Assembly: GCA_963662435.1 (NCBI GenBank)
Contig: OY759598.1
Coordinates: 1,148,507 to 1,212,506 of the forward strand
Direction: 5' to 3'
Source of the DNA: Dehalococcoidia bacterium
GTDB lineage: Bacteria; Chloroflexota; Dehalococcoidia; Lucifugimonadales; VXLM01
DNA: 64,000 nt
Position 1 is the first letter of the stretch; every line of letters begins with the position of its first letter. Positions 48,737 to 58,338 of the stretch are shown one piece after another. The notes under the pieces were generated by a model that saw only the letters and a list, made by a program, of their open reading frames with translations, ran no database searches and was not told where the DNA came from. Both the position numbers and the translations under genes were made by a program.

Positions 48737-49537
48737 ATGGGGAATACCGCCGAACTGACTCGAAGCATCGAACACCTGCGCACTGAGGGGTACTGCATTC
48801 TCGAGAACGTCATTCCCTCGGGTGAGATCGAGGCGCTCAGGGACAGCGTGGTTGCGACCGCGGACTCCGAGGAGTACCAGGATAGCCGCGACTTCATCGG
48901 CAACAACCGGGACTTTCCGCGTTATGTGGGCAGTGATCGGGTGTTGGGCGTTGTCGACGCCATGTTGGGGCGGTTTGCGCGCATCGCCTTTACCGGCCCC
49001 ATCATCCGGCAGTCACGTGACAAGCGTGGGAGCTGGCACTCTGACTGGCCTTTCGGGGCGGGAGGGGCGGCCTATATCCCGGAGCCATATCCCGATGTGG
49101 TGGCGTACCTGACGAGCATCTGGATGCTGACGCCCTTCTCCTCGGAAACCGGCGGCACGCTCATCATTCCACGCAGTCACACTTGGCGTATGGACCCGCT
49201 CGGCGGCAGCGGCCCAGCCGCCGAAGCGAAACATGCCGACGAGATTCACGTGACCGGCGACCCCGGCAGCGTCATGATATTCGACAGCCGTATGTGGCAC
49301 GCCAAGCCCAATAATGACGCCGAGACGCGAAGAGTAGCGGTGAGAGTGTGCTTTGCCCCGTGGTGGCTGAACCTCGACGTGCTCGACCCGGACTCTGCCG
49401 ATGGTCAGCGTATGGCGGCGGAGGTTGGGACAGGGCGCGCTACGGCGTCACCGTCGATGCCGAAGATACCGCACGAGGCTTTCGAGTCCTTTCCAGGGAA
49501 TGTCAAGCCGCTCTACTACCACTGGGTGCGGCGGTAG
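48737..49537 (+). CDS. Phytanoyl-CoA dioxygenase (PhyH)-family Fe(II)/2OG enzyme
   Basis: EGYCILENVI, WHSD, GGT..IP.SH, DSRMWH. Confidence 0.9.
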   Translation: MGNTAELTRSIEHLRTEGYCILENVIPSGEIEALRDSVVATADSEEYQDSRDFIGNNRDFPRYVGSDRVLGVVDAMLGRFARIAFTGPIIRQSRDKRGSWHSDWPFGAGGAAYIPEPYPDVVAYLTSIWMLTPFSSETGGTLIIPRSHTWRMDPLGGSGPAAEAKHADEIHVTGDPGSVMIFDSRMWHAKPNNDAETRRVAVRVCFAPWWLNLDVLDPDSADGQRMAAEVGTGRATASPSMPKIPHEAFESFPGNVKPLYYHWVRR

Positions 49538-49557
49538 GGACTGCCGGCCGCATATCG

Positions 49558-50964
49558 CTATATCAGCAACTGTTTTCGATAGTCCTGCATATGCGGGGCC
49601 AAGCCCGTCTCCCGCATGAAGCGAACTAGCCGCTCGTGGATCTCCCCCGCCCTTTCGGGATACTGCTCAATGACGTTGCTCTCCTGCTTCGGGTCGTCCG
49701 TAAGATTGTAGAGTTCCGAGCGGGTGTCGCCAGGGCTGTATAGCAGAGTCCAATCGTCAGTGGTGATCGTGGTCACATTGGCGTGCGACATTCGTCTTTG
49801 CCTATCGTCGACGGCGTTTACGGCGTCGCCGGGGTTGGCGAACGGCACCGTCGTGATCGTGAAGTCCCTTCCCGGCAGCGAGGGATTGCGTATCTGCGGG
49901 AGAAGAGAGCGGCCTTCGACCCACGTGGGAGCATCGAGTCCCATCACGTTGAGGACAGTGGGCATGACGTCGACCACAGATGTCAGGCCGTCGTAGGTTC
50001 CCGACTCTACTCCCGGGGCGGAAATCAGGAGGGGAATCGAGGCGACCTCCTCATATAAGGGTGAGAAACCCCAGATGGCATCGGACTCTCCGAACTGGAA
50101 GAGCGAACCATCCGGCTTCTTCGCGAACTGGAGCTTACCGAACCAGCCGCCGTGTTCTCCGAAGTAGAATCCGTGGTCCGACGTGAAGATGACCGCCGTA
50201 TTGTCGTTCAGCCCCATGTTTTCGACCATCCGCAGCAGGTAGCCGACCCACGTGTCGACCATCGTGACCTCGCCGCAGTAGGTCGCGTGTGCCTTGTCCA
50301 CCAGTTCCGCCGAGTAGCCTGGCATCTCGTGCCACCGTCCGTAGATGGGATGGATGAGCTCGCCATCATAGTCGGGCATGTACAGCTTCGTGTAGTAGTC
50401 GGGCGCGTCCCACGGCTCATGCGGGTCCCAAGTGTCAATGTAGAGGAAGAAGTCCTCCTCATGATGAAGCTGCAGCCATTCCATGGCGTTCGTGATCGTC
50501 CGGGCTACGTTTCGGTCGGACTCGTACCGCCACACGTAGCGGGCCTGCTCCGACTCGTGGTGCGCAGTCTCGGTCTTGAGAATCCCGCCGCCGACCTGTC
50601 CCGAGTACATGTTGAAGGTCTGAAACCCGCGGTCGTAATTCATGCCTTCGCGGAGGTAAAACGGCGTATCGACCATCGCGGCTGTGTGGATACCCTCTGC
50701 CGCCAGGACTTCCGCCAAGGTCGACACTCCGTCCGGCAGAGGCTCCCAGGTCATGAAGGAGGCTGTCCACCTGCCAGTCGCGTGGTCGGCCCGGGTCGGC
50801 ATGGTGGGAAACCCGCCCGCGTAGTGACGATTGAATCGTGTTCCCCTACCCGCCAACGCGTCGAGGGATGGCGTCCGAATGGTGTCCATCTTGCCGTACG
50901 CGCCGACGTGGTCCTGTCGGAAGGTGTCCGCGACGATCCAAATCACATTCATGGGAGACGCCAT
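49558..50964 (-). CDS. Sulfatase-like hydrolase (alkaline phosphatase superfamily) with Thr at the nucleophile position
   Basis: IVADTFR, PTMPTRA, DPHEPW, TSDHG, ELYNL..DP.QE.N. Confidence 0.88.
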   Translation of the reverse strand: MASPMNVIWIVADTFRQDHVGAYGKMDTIRTPSLDALAGRGTRFNRHYAGGFPTMPTRADHATGRWTASFMTWEPLPDGVSTLAEVLAAEGIHTAAMVDTPFYLREGMNYDRGFQTFNMYSGQVGGGILKTETAHHESEQARYVWRYESDRNVARTITNAMEWLQLHHEEDFFLYIDTWDPHEPWDAPDYYTKLYMPDYDGELIHPIYGRWHEMPGYSAELVDKAHATYCGEVTMVDTWVGYLLRMVENMGLNDNTAVIFTSDHGFYFGEHGGWFGKLQFAKKPDGSLFQFGESDAIWGFSPLYEEVASIPLLISAPGVESGTYDGLTSVVDVMPTVLNVMGLDAPTWVEGRSLLPQIRNPSLPGRDFTITTVPFANPGDAVNAVDDRQRRMSHANVTTITTDDWTLLYSPGDTRSELYNLTDDPKQESNVIEQYPERAGEIHERLVRFMRETGLAPHMQDYRKQLLI

Positions 50965-51179
50965 GCGTCAGAGTTGCGGCGAACCATAACACACGATTGG
51001 GGGTTGTACATCCAAATGATGCGAGCCTGAACCAGGAGAGCCATGCTTCCGCAGGCCACATGCGGCCTAGCTTGGCGAATATGAACGGACAAGATATGAT
51101 GAACCCATAGTCTCGCAAGTGCTTCCACCACATCAGCCTGCTAGGCGGACCGGACGAAGCATAGGAGTCACTCAGAGCC

Positions 51180-51572
51180 ATGGACTCGATACCGGTGCGG
51201 TTCCCTGAGATCTATCAGGGTTTGGCCGATGCGGACGGCGTACTCCGCATATCACCGGATGCCTTATCCCTGGAATACCAGGTCAAGGACAACTTGCTCG
51301 GAGTGATGAAGTCGGGTGTAACTACGGCCGTTATTCCCTTTAATCACATCGATGAGGTAGATTTTCGCTCCAACTTCCTCAGGACGAGTTTGAACATCAG
51401 GGTGGACAGCATGCAAATTGTGGATGACGTGCCAGGCGCCAAGCAGGGAATAGTCAGCCTCAAGATTCCCCGCCGGTATAAGAAAGAGGCCGCGTTGATA
51501 GCCCATGAGGCCTCGATCAGATCGTCGCAAAGCAAGCTCGACAGACTTGATGGTGACGTAGATTCTCTGTGA
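51180..51572 (+). CDS. Hypothetical protein
   Basis: 130-aa ORF with SD AGGAG. Confidence 0.6.
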   Translation: MDSIPVRFPEIYQGLADADGVLRISPDALSLEYQVKDNLLGVMKSGVTTAVIPFNHIDEVDFRSNFLRTSLNIRVDSMQIVDDVPGAKQGIVSLKIPRRYKKEAALIAHEASIRSSQSKLDRLDGDVDSL

Positions 51573-51735
51573 ATTCTCCCTTGTGTCGCATGCACTCGCC
51601 GAATGTCTTGCCAAGGCATAACGCACAGTCTTGCCCGTTGACAGTCAGGCCGTTGCGCCATTAGTGTGGTGGAGAGGGCGGCGACTCATTGCCTCATCGC
51701 CGGCTGATTTCAAAACGATCGATGGAGCGACCAAT

Positions 51736-52776
51736 ATGAAGGCGGTCTTCGTCACAGAACACGGCGGCCTCGAAGCGCTGCAATATGGTGATATGCCCGA
51801 GCCTATAGTCGGGCCGAACGATATCAAGGTGCGAGTGAGGGCCTGCTCACTGAATAGGTTGGACATCTTCACTCGCCAGGGTATCAAGGGAACGCGCATG
51901 GTCTTCGACGGGCCGCACATCCTTGGCGGTGACGTGGCCGGCGACGTGGCCGAGACCGGCAGCGAAGTGCAAAACGTCAAGGTGGGAGACCGGGTCGTCG
52001 TTAACCCAAGGCTCACCTGCGGGCAGTGCCAGTACTGCATAGCCGGAGAGTCCGAGCTGTGCACCCGTCCAGGTAGAATCGGCTCGAATACGAACGGCGG
52101 ATACGCTGAGTATGTGAAGGCGCCGGGCGTCAACGCGGTCGTGATTCCTGATTCCCTTTCATACGTCGAGGCGTCATCGCTCCCTACGGTATTCATGCCC
52201 TCTTGGACGATGCTCATCCGGCGTGCGAACCTTCAGGCGTGGGAGACGGCCCTCGTGCTGTCGGCATCCAGCGGGGTCGGGTCGGCAGCGATCCAGGTGG
52301 CGAAGAACATTGTTGGCTCGCGTGTGATTGCTACGACGAGCTCCGACAAGAAAGCCGAAATGGCGAAGGCCCTCGGAGCCGACGAGGTGATCAACTACTC
52401 TCGTGAGGACATCGCCGAACGGGTGAGAGAACTCACCGACCGTCGTGGTGTCGACGTTGTGGTCGACCACGTTGGCGAGGAGTTTTGGCCCGCCGCGTCG
52501 AGGTCACTGGCCCCCGGTGGGAGATACGGAATTTGCGGCGTGACGACCGGGTACCGTGGGCAGCTCCAGATGGGAGTCCTCTTCGTAAGGAACCAGACCG
52601 TTTTCGGCGTGTTCATGGGACGCCAGGAAGACCTTCGTCAGATCATTGAGATGGTGGCGAAGGGGAGGATAAGGGGTATCGTCCACGATACCTACCCGCT
52701 GCAGGACGCAGCAGTAGCGCACAAGGTCATGGAGGAGCAGTCGTTCTTCGGCAAGCTCGTCCTTACCTTGGACTGA
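51736..52776 (+). CDS. Zinc-binding dehydrogenase (MDR family)
   Basis: CGQCQYC..G....C structural Zn, ASSGVG, GVDVVVDHVG, FGKLVL; start moved to 51736. Confidence 0.92.
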   Translation: MKAVFVTEHGGLEALQYGDMPEPIVGPNDIKVRVRACSLNRLDIFTRQGIKGTRMVFDGPHILGGDVAGDVAETGSEVQNVKVGDRVVVNPRLTCGQCQYCIAGESELCTRPGRIGSNTNGGYAEYVKAPGVNAVVIPDSLSYVEASSLPTVFMPSWTMLIRRANLQAWETALVLSASSGVGSAAIQVAKNIVGSRVIATTSSDKKAEMAKALGADEVINYSREDIAERVRELTDRRGVDVVVDHVGEEFWPAASRSLAPGGRYGICGVTTGYRGQLQMGVLFVRNQTVFGVFMGRQEDLRQIIEMVAKGRIRGIVHDTYPLQDAAVAHKVMEEQSFFGKLVLTLD

Positions 52777-52777
52777 G

Positions 52778-54450
52778 CTATTGCTCTGAAGGTTCCCTTT
52801 TTTGGGCGCCCGCCCGAGTTCTCAGCGGCACTTCCTTCAGGAAGAGCGTGGCTACGAATCCAAGTGCGAGTGTAATTGCCGCGAACACGAACACGTCGCT
52901 GATGGCAGACGCGAGGGTCTCTCGCAGAGCGGCCAGAAGGCCAGAGAGGACTTCCGCACCTTCCTCTCCCCTGTCTGAAAGCCCCACCCTCAGACCCGAA
53001 AGGGCATCCGGATTGACGAGCGCTTGGGGATTGTTTCTCATCTCAGTGAGTTGTTCCTCCGGAAGGGCCTCCCTGACATTTGGGGGCAATGAGTCGTTCA
53101 GTTTCGCCGCGAACCTGCTGGCCATGAAGGACCCCAACACAGCAAGGCCCAGCGCGCCGCCGACTGAGCGGTAGAACTGGGCGGCGGATGTCACCACTCC
53201 CAGCAGGTTGTGCGGGACGGCATTCTGCACGGAAATCGTGAAGCTGGGGAACGTGATGCCAAGCCCCAGACCCATGACGACGATGCTGCCGACTGCCTGC
53301 GCGAACGAGGTATCCGCCGTCATCCGGGACATGAGTGTCATTCCCGCGGCCATGATTGCTATCCCAATGAGACCCTGGATGCGGTAGTGCCCTCCGAAAC
53401 GCGATAGCGTCTGCCCGGCAAGCGTCGCGGCCACCACCATGCTCAGCATCATCGGTGTTAGGAAAGAACCGCTGCTCGTGGCAGACGCGCCGAGCACACC
53501 CTGGAAGTACAGGGGCACGAAAATGATTGCCCCGAACATACCGAATCCCGTGATGAACACGGCAATGAGCGACACGGTCACGACTCGATTCGAATAGATG
53601 CCCAAAGGCATTATCGGCTCATCTGCCCTCTGCTCGACCAAGATGAACAGAGCAATCATGATCGCGGCGAAGCCGAGTATTCCGCCCGTCTGCAAAGACA
53701 CCCAGTCAATGTGGACGCCTCCTAGCGATAGGCCAACCATGAGCGGCACGACGATAAGCACGAGAAGTCCCATGCCCGCAAAGTCGAGTCGCTGGGCCAG
53801 GCGGTCGGGCCTGATGTTTGGGAAGAACCGGATGAACAGGGCGATAACCAGTATGCTCAAGGGGACATTGACGTAGAAGATCCAGTTCCATGAGAGGTTG
53901 TCGGTAATGAATCCCCCAAGCGTCGGACCGATGACCGAAGAGAGGCCGAACACGCCCGCGACAATACCCTGGTATTTGCCCCGCTCAGCGGGAGGGAAGA
54001 GGTCGCCGACGGATGCAAAGGAGAGCGCCATGATGCTTCCACCACCGATGCCCTGAATCGCCCGGAATAAGATGAGCTGATTCATCGACTGGCTCGCACC
54101 TGCGAGCACCGACCGAGGAGAAAGATGATGATGCCACCAAGGAAAAAGGTCTTGCGTCCGTAGAGATCGGACAGCCTACCGACAATTGGAACGACGGTAA
54201 TCGAGGCTACCAGGTATGAGGTGGTGACCCAGGTAAAGCGATCGAATCCTCCAAGGTCTGCGATGATTCGAGGCATGGCGGTGCTGACAACAGTCTGGTC
54301 GAGGGCCGCCAGAAAGAGAGCGAGCATGAGACCGCCCATCGTCAAGACGATCTGACGTCTCGGCATCGGTTTGAAGTCCGTCTCGTAGGTGTGTACCGCT
54401 TCGCTCGTTTCCTGCTTAGCGGGCCTCTCAGAGTCCGATGCCATGCTCAC
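52778..54450 (-). pseudogene. DHA2/EmrB-QacA MFS transporter split by a one-base frameshift near 54112
   Basis: N-part [14 protein letters not shown]...[10 protein letters not shown] and C-part RAIQGIGGG...ERGKYQG are in different frames; adding one T restores IFLLGSVLAG. Confidence 0.88.
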
Positions 54451-54540
54451 CTGAAGCTAATGAGGGGCTCGGCGTTCGATCGAATGCCGATGCGGGAATG
54501 CACATGGAACAATAATACGCCTCAAGTGGGAGCCGAACAA

Positions 54541-55428
54541 TCAAACGTCTGGGGTACGGCCCACCCGCCTCGAATGGAATAGGTAATGGTTAGCATATCC
54601 GGCGAAAGGGGCGTAGTGCTCCTGGGCCCACTCACGGACCCGCCGTATGTCGCTGGAATGCACAGGGTGCGGTTTCGGGAATCTTTCGCGCAGGACCTGC
54701 AGGATGTGTGTATCCACAGGGAAGGCCTGCGGCTTTTCCATGCAAAAGAGCATGATGCAGTTCGCCACCTTGTCACCGACTCCGTCCAAGGTCATCAGCG
54801 TCTCGAGGGCGTCATCGAATGGGGTCTCGCGAAGCCTCATCAAGTCTATCGCGTCCGCTGCCACCTTCTCGGCTGCGGACGCGATGTAACGCGCGCGATA
54901 GCCGAGTCCCAGGTCGCGCAGGGCCTGTTCCCCCGCTTCTGCAAGTGCCTCCGGTGTGGGATAGGTATGGCGCGTTCTGTCACCCATCGATAGAGGTATA
55001 CCAAAGGAACGGCACATGTCTTCGACGTTGCGCGTGATTCGCTGAACGTTGGAGTTCTGGGCGCAGAGGAAGGAGAGCAACGTTTCCCAAGGGTCTTGGC
55101 GGAGGACGCGCATTCCGTTGTAGCGTTCGACCGCGCCTCGCAACCCTTCGTCTCGAGAGAGAACGGCATAGACTTTGGACAGGTCTACGTCGAGTGAGAG
55201 GTAGTCCCGCAGGCGCGAAGCCATCGAGCCCTCATCGTCAAACGAAGTCACGAATTCAATTCCTTCACGCGCCCCTCTCAAGCATACGAACTCGCCGGAT
55301 ATGACCCCTTCATACCACTCTTCATGCTTTCGCCAGCGGAATGTCTGGCCGCTGAATAGCGTGCTTTCGATATTGAGGGGTACTCCGGCAAGCGATATGA
55401 ATCCGGTTCTTTCCGTCGGCCTCGTCAC
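54541..55428 (-). CDS. 8-oxoguanine DNA glycosylase (OGG1-like HhH-GPD)
   Basis: SGQTFRW, RVLRQDPWE, LGYRA, GVGDKVANC, FPVDTH; GTG 55428 overlaps the DinG stop. Confidence 0.9.
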   Translation of the reverse strand: MTRPTERTGFISLAGVPLNIESTLFSGQTFRWRKHEEWYEGVISGEFVCLRGAREGIEFVTSFDDEGSMASRLRDYLSLDVDLSKVYAVLSRDEGLRGAVERYNGMRVLRQDPWETLLSFLCAQNSNVQRITRNVEDMCRSFGIPLSMGDRTRHTYPTPEALAEAGEQALRDLGLGYRARYIASAAEKVAADAIDLMRLRETPFDDALETLMTLDGVGDKVANCIMLFCMEKPQAFPVDTHILQVLRERFPKPHPVHSSDIRRVREWAQEHYAPFAGYANHYLFHSRRVGRTPDV

Positions 55429-58304
55429 CGTTGAAGCCACCGCCGTACCTCGTCGCCCAAGTCCTCGAGCCTGCACGTCTTGCGGGTTGCCGGCGGCAGC
55501 GAGCGGAGGAAGATCGAACCGTATCTGCGCGCAATGACCCTGCGGTCGAGAATGATTGCCACGCCGCGATCCGTCTTTGTGCGAATGAGTCGCCCGAATC
55601 CCTGTCGGAGCCTTAAGACGGACTGGGGAACGGCGTATTCCATAAACGAGTTTTCATAGAGTTCCGATCTCGCCTCGAATACCGGCTCGGTTGGCACGTT
55701 GAAGGGAAGGCGCGCCACCACCAAGGCCTGCAGGGAGTCCCCAGCAAGGTCAATGCCCTCCCAGAAGCTTGCAGTACCGAGAATGATCGACCTGGGATTC
55801 TCCCGAAATCGCCGGATGATCTGGTGGGGACTGCCGTCGTTCCCCTGGACAAGCAGTGTGATCCCCTCTGCCTGCATGGGGCCCTTCATCACCTCCGCAG
55901 CATCCCTGAGGGAGGCGTAAGACGTGAACAACGCCATTGTCCGACCTCCCGCAACCACGGCTGCGTCGCCTATAGCGAGAGCAGCAGTTTCCGTGTAGTG
56001 GGGCGCGGACGGCTCAGGCATGTCCGTGGGTACGCAGACCAGCGCGGAGCTTTCGAAATCGAATGGAGAGCCGAGCAACTTGTGCTCGGACTCGGCAAAT
56101 CCCGTCCGCTCCTGGATGTGGTCAAATCTGCCATTGGAAGCGAGGGTTGCGCTCGTCATCACGACGGTCCGCTTGAGCGAATACAGCATTTCTTCGAGCC
56201 GCTCCCCGACGTGGAGCGGCGCTCCGTAGAGGGTCAATTCGTCTCCCCGCGCCGACTTCTCGACCCAGTAGATCCCGGTGTCCTTTGGTCGAACGACGAA
56301 CTCCTCCATGTTCTGCCTGAACTCGGCCGTGGCCTGGGCGCTTCCGGATAGCTCGATTATGAGCGCCTCGTAGTTTCCGGTGTCATCGCTGTCGAGGTCC
56401 TTCAGCGTGGCAATCAGTGCGTTCAGTCCCATCTCCATGCTGGAGAGGCTGAGATTGACGTTCTCCCACACAGTCTCCAGGTCCGACCAAAGCGGCTGCC
56501 GCCTCGTTCCCTCCGTAACACGCATCTGCCGACCCGCCCGCGAGTCTCCGTTCACAAGACTGCCCAATAGCCCAAACAGGGCGGCGGTCCCCTCACGTAA
56601 GACCGGCAACACACCGGGCATCGTCTGTCCCACGTCCTGCAGAACATCCTTCACCCGATCGATGCCTGATGAAGGTTGGAGAGCTGTCATCGCACGGGCA
56701 ATCAGTCCCCGGTCGCCCTGAAACTCCTCGAGATGGTCCCCAAGGGCCGTCCGGCTGACCTCGAAGCCCAGTTGCCTGGTGGCCTCCGCTTCGAGGTGGT
56801 GCGCTTCGTCGACAATGAGAACGTCGTATTCGGGAATGATGGTGCCGCCTGCTACAAGGTCGGTCAGCAACAGAGCATGATTGACGACAACGAGATGAGA
56901 GGCTTCCGCTCTCGCCCGCGAGGAGCGCAGGAAGCACACTCCGTCTCGACCCCTGCAGTCAAGGGCGCCCTGCGCGGAGAGGCGACTCCACGGACCGAGA
57001 CTCCGTCGGCTGACGTTCAACTCGTTACGGTCACCACTGGAGGTGTGATCGAGCCATACGAGAATGCCCGAAAGCAGCCTCGCGTCCTCGTCGGACAGGC
57101 TGTCGCCGTTCTTCGCGTGAGCCCAACGTCTCAAGCAAAGGTAGTTTGCCCGACCCTTCAAGAGGGAATACCGAAGGTCGTCGGCACCGTTCGCACTCGT
57201 GATCGACAACGCATTGAGAAGCGTGGGGATGTCCTTTGAAATGAGCTGTTCTTGAAGGTTGATAGTGTTTGTGGAAACGACCACGCGTTTACCGTTCTCA
57301 AGGGCATATAGGGCGGCGGGCAGGAGGTATGCCAGGGACTTGCCGACACCAGTGCCGGCCTCGACGATCAGTCGCTGTCCCTCGTTAATTGCTTCGGCCA
57401 CCGAGCGGGCCATTTCGACCTGCTCTTCGCGATGCTCAAATCCCGCAAGCACCTCTGCAAACGGCCCACTTTCCCCAAACAGCGCCGCGACCTCGTCCAC
57501 GTCAATCGGGCCAACGCCATCGCGTGGCGGCAACGGCTGAGGATATCCCAATCGCTCCCTCAGCCTCTCCCTGTCGAATCCACCCTCGGATTCTTCGATA
57601 TGATCCGTGACTGCCGCACGTCGCATCGCGGCAAGCTCGCGAAGGTCCACGGCCGGCTCGTCGAGACTCATCTGCGCCCTATTGCCCGGCCTCCCCCCGA
57701 CGAGTTGGCGCAGCACGTATCTCAGCGCGGAAGTCGAGGACTTTGATGCGATATTCTGGATCTCTCTAAGCGTGTCTGGACCAGTGTCCTCCGCCATCTT
57801 CAGGAGGGCGACGAAGACCCTGCGAGTAGTCTCCGCATCGTCCGCGGCCCGGTGTGCCCTGACGACAGGTACGTCCAGCTGTTTCGCGAGACCCGTCAGG
57901 GAGTGGTCCGGCGACCAAGGAACGAACACCCTGCTGAGGTCGTACGTGTCGGATACCGCTCCATCGAACGGGAGGCCATGGCTGCGGAGGAACCCCAGAT
58001 CGAACCCGACATTGTGTCCAACGACCGGAGCGCCATCGAGAAACGGAAGCAGGCCGACCGCAACCTCGGAAAATGGGGGCGCTCCATCGACGTCTCGCTG
58101 CGTGATGCCCGTGTAGTTTCGGATGAAGCTGCTGAGGCGCTCGCCCGGATTCACGAACGACTGGAAGACTCCCAGCACCTCGTCGCCCCGAAACTTGACC
58201 GCCCCAACTTCGATGATCCGGTCGCTCTCAGGCTCAAGTCCCGTTGTCTCAGTGTCGAGGGCAACCCAGACTTCATCGAGGGGAGAGTTGCGTGAGAGTG
58301 TCAT
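55425..58304 (-). CDS. dinG: DnaQ-like exonuclease / DinG-family helicase fusion
   Basis: DTETTG, HNVGFD, HRAADD; EAGTGVGKS, DEAHH, SATL, QGFGRLIR. Confidence 0.93.
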   Translation of the reverse strand: MTLSRNSPLDEVWVALDTETTGLEPESDRIIEVGAVKFRGDEVLGVFQSFVNPGERLSSFIRNYTGITQRDVDGAPPFSEVAVGLLPFLDGAPVVGHNVGFDLGFLRSHGLPFDGAVSDTYDLSRVFVPWSPDHSLTGLAKQLDVPVVRAHRAADDAETTRRVFVALLKMAEDTGPDTLREIQNIASKSSTSALRYVLRQLVGGRPGNRAQMSLDEPAVDLRELAAMRRAAVTDHIEESEGGFDRERLRERLGYPQPLPPRDGVGPIDVDEVAALFGESGPFAEVLAGFEHREEQVEMARSVAEAINEGQRLIVEAGTGVGKSLAYLLPAALYALENGKRVVVSTNTINLQEQLISKDIPTLLNALSITSANGADDLRYSLLKGRANYLCLRRWAHAKNGDSLSDEDARLLSGILVWLDHTSSGDRNELNVSRRSLGPWSRLSAQGALDCRGRDGVCFLRSSRARAEASHLVVVNHALLLTDLVAGGTIIPEYDVLIVDEAHHLEAEATRQLGFEVSRTALGDHLEEFQGDRGLIARAMTALQPSSGIDRVKDVLQDVGQTMPGVLPVLREGTAALFGLLGSLVNGDSRAGRQMRVTEGTRRQPLWSDLETVWENVNLSLSSMEMGLNALIATLKDLDSDDTGNYEALIIELSGSAQATAEFRQNMEEFVVRPKDTGIYWVEKSARGDELTLYGAPLHVGERLEEMLYSLKRTVVMTSATLASNGRFDHIQERTGFAESEHKLLGSPFDFESSALVCVPTDMPEPSAPHYTETAALAIGDAAVVAGGRTMALFTSYASLRDAAEVMKGPMQAEGITLLVQGNDGSPHQIIRRFRENPRSIILGTASFWEGIDLAGDSLQALVVARLPFNVPTEPVFEARSELYENSFMEYAVPQSVLRLRQGFGRLIRTKTDRGVAIILDRRVIARRYGSIFLRSLPPATRKTCRLEDLGDEVRRWLQR

Positions 58305-58338
58305 GAGTCACGGCCCGGGGTTGTGGGGTGGCTTGCGG

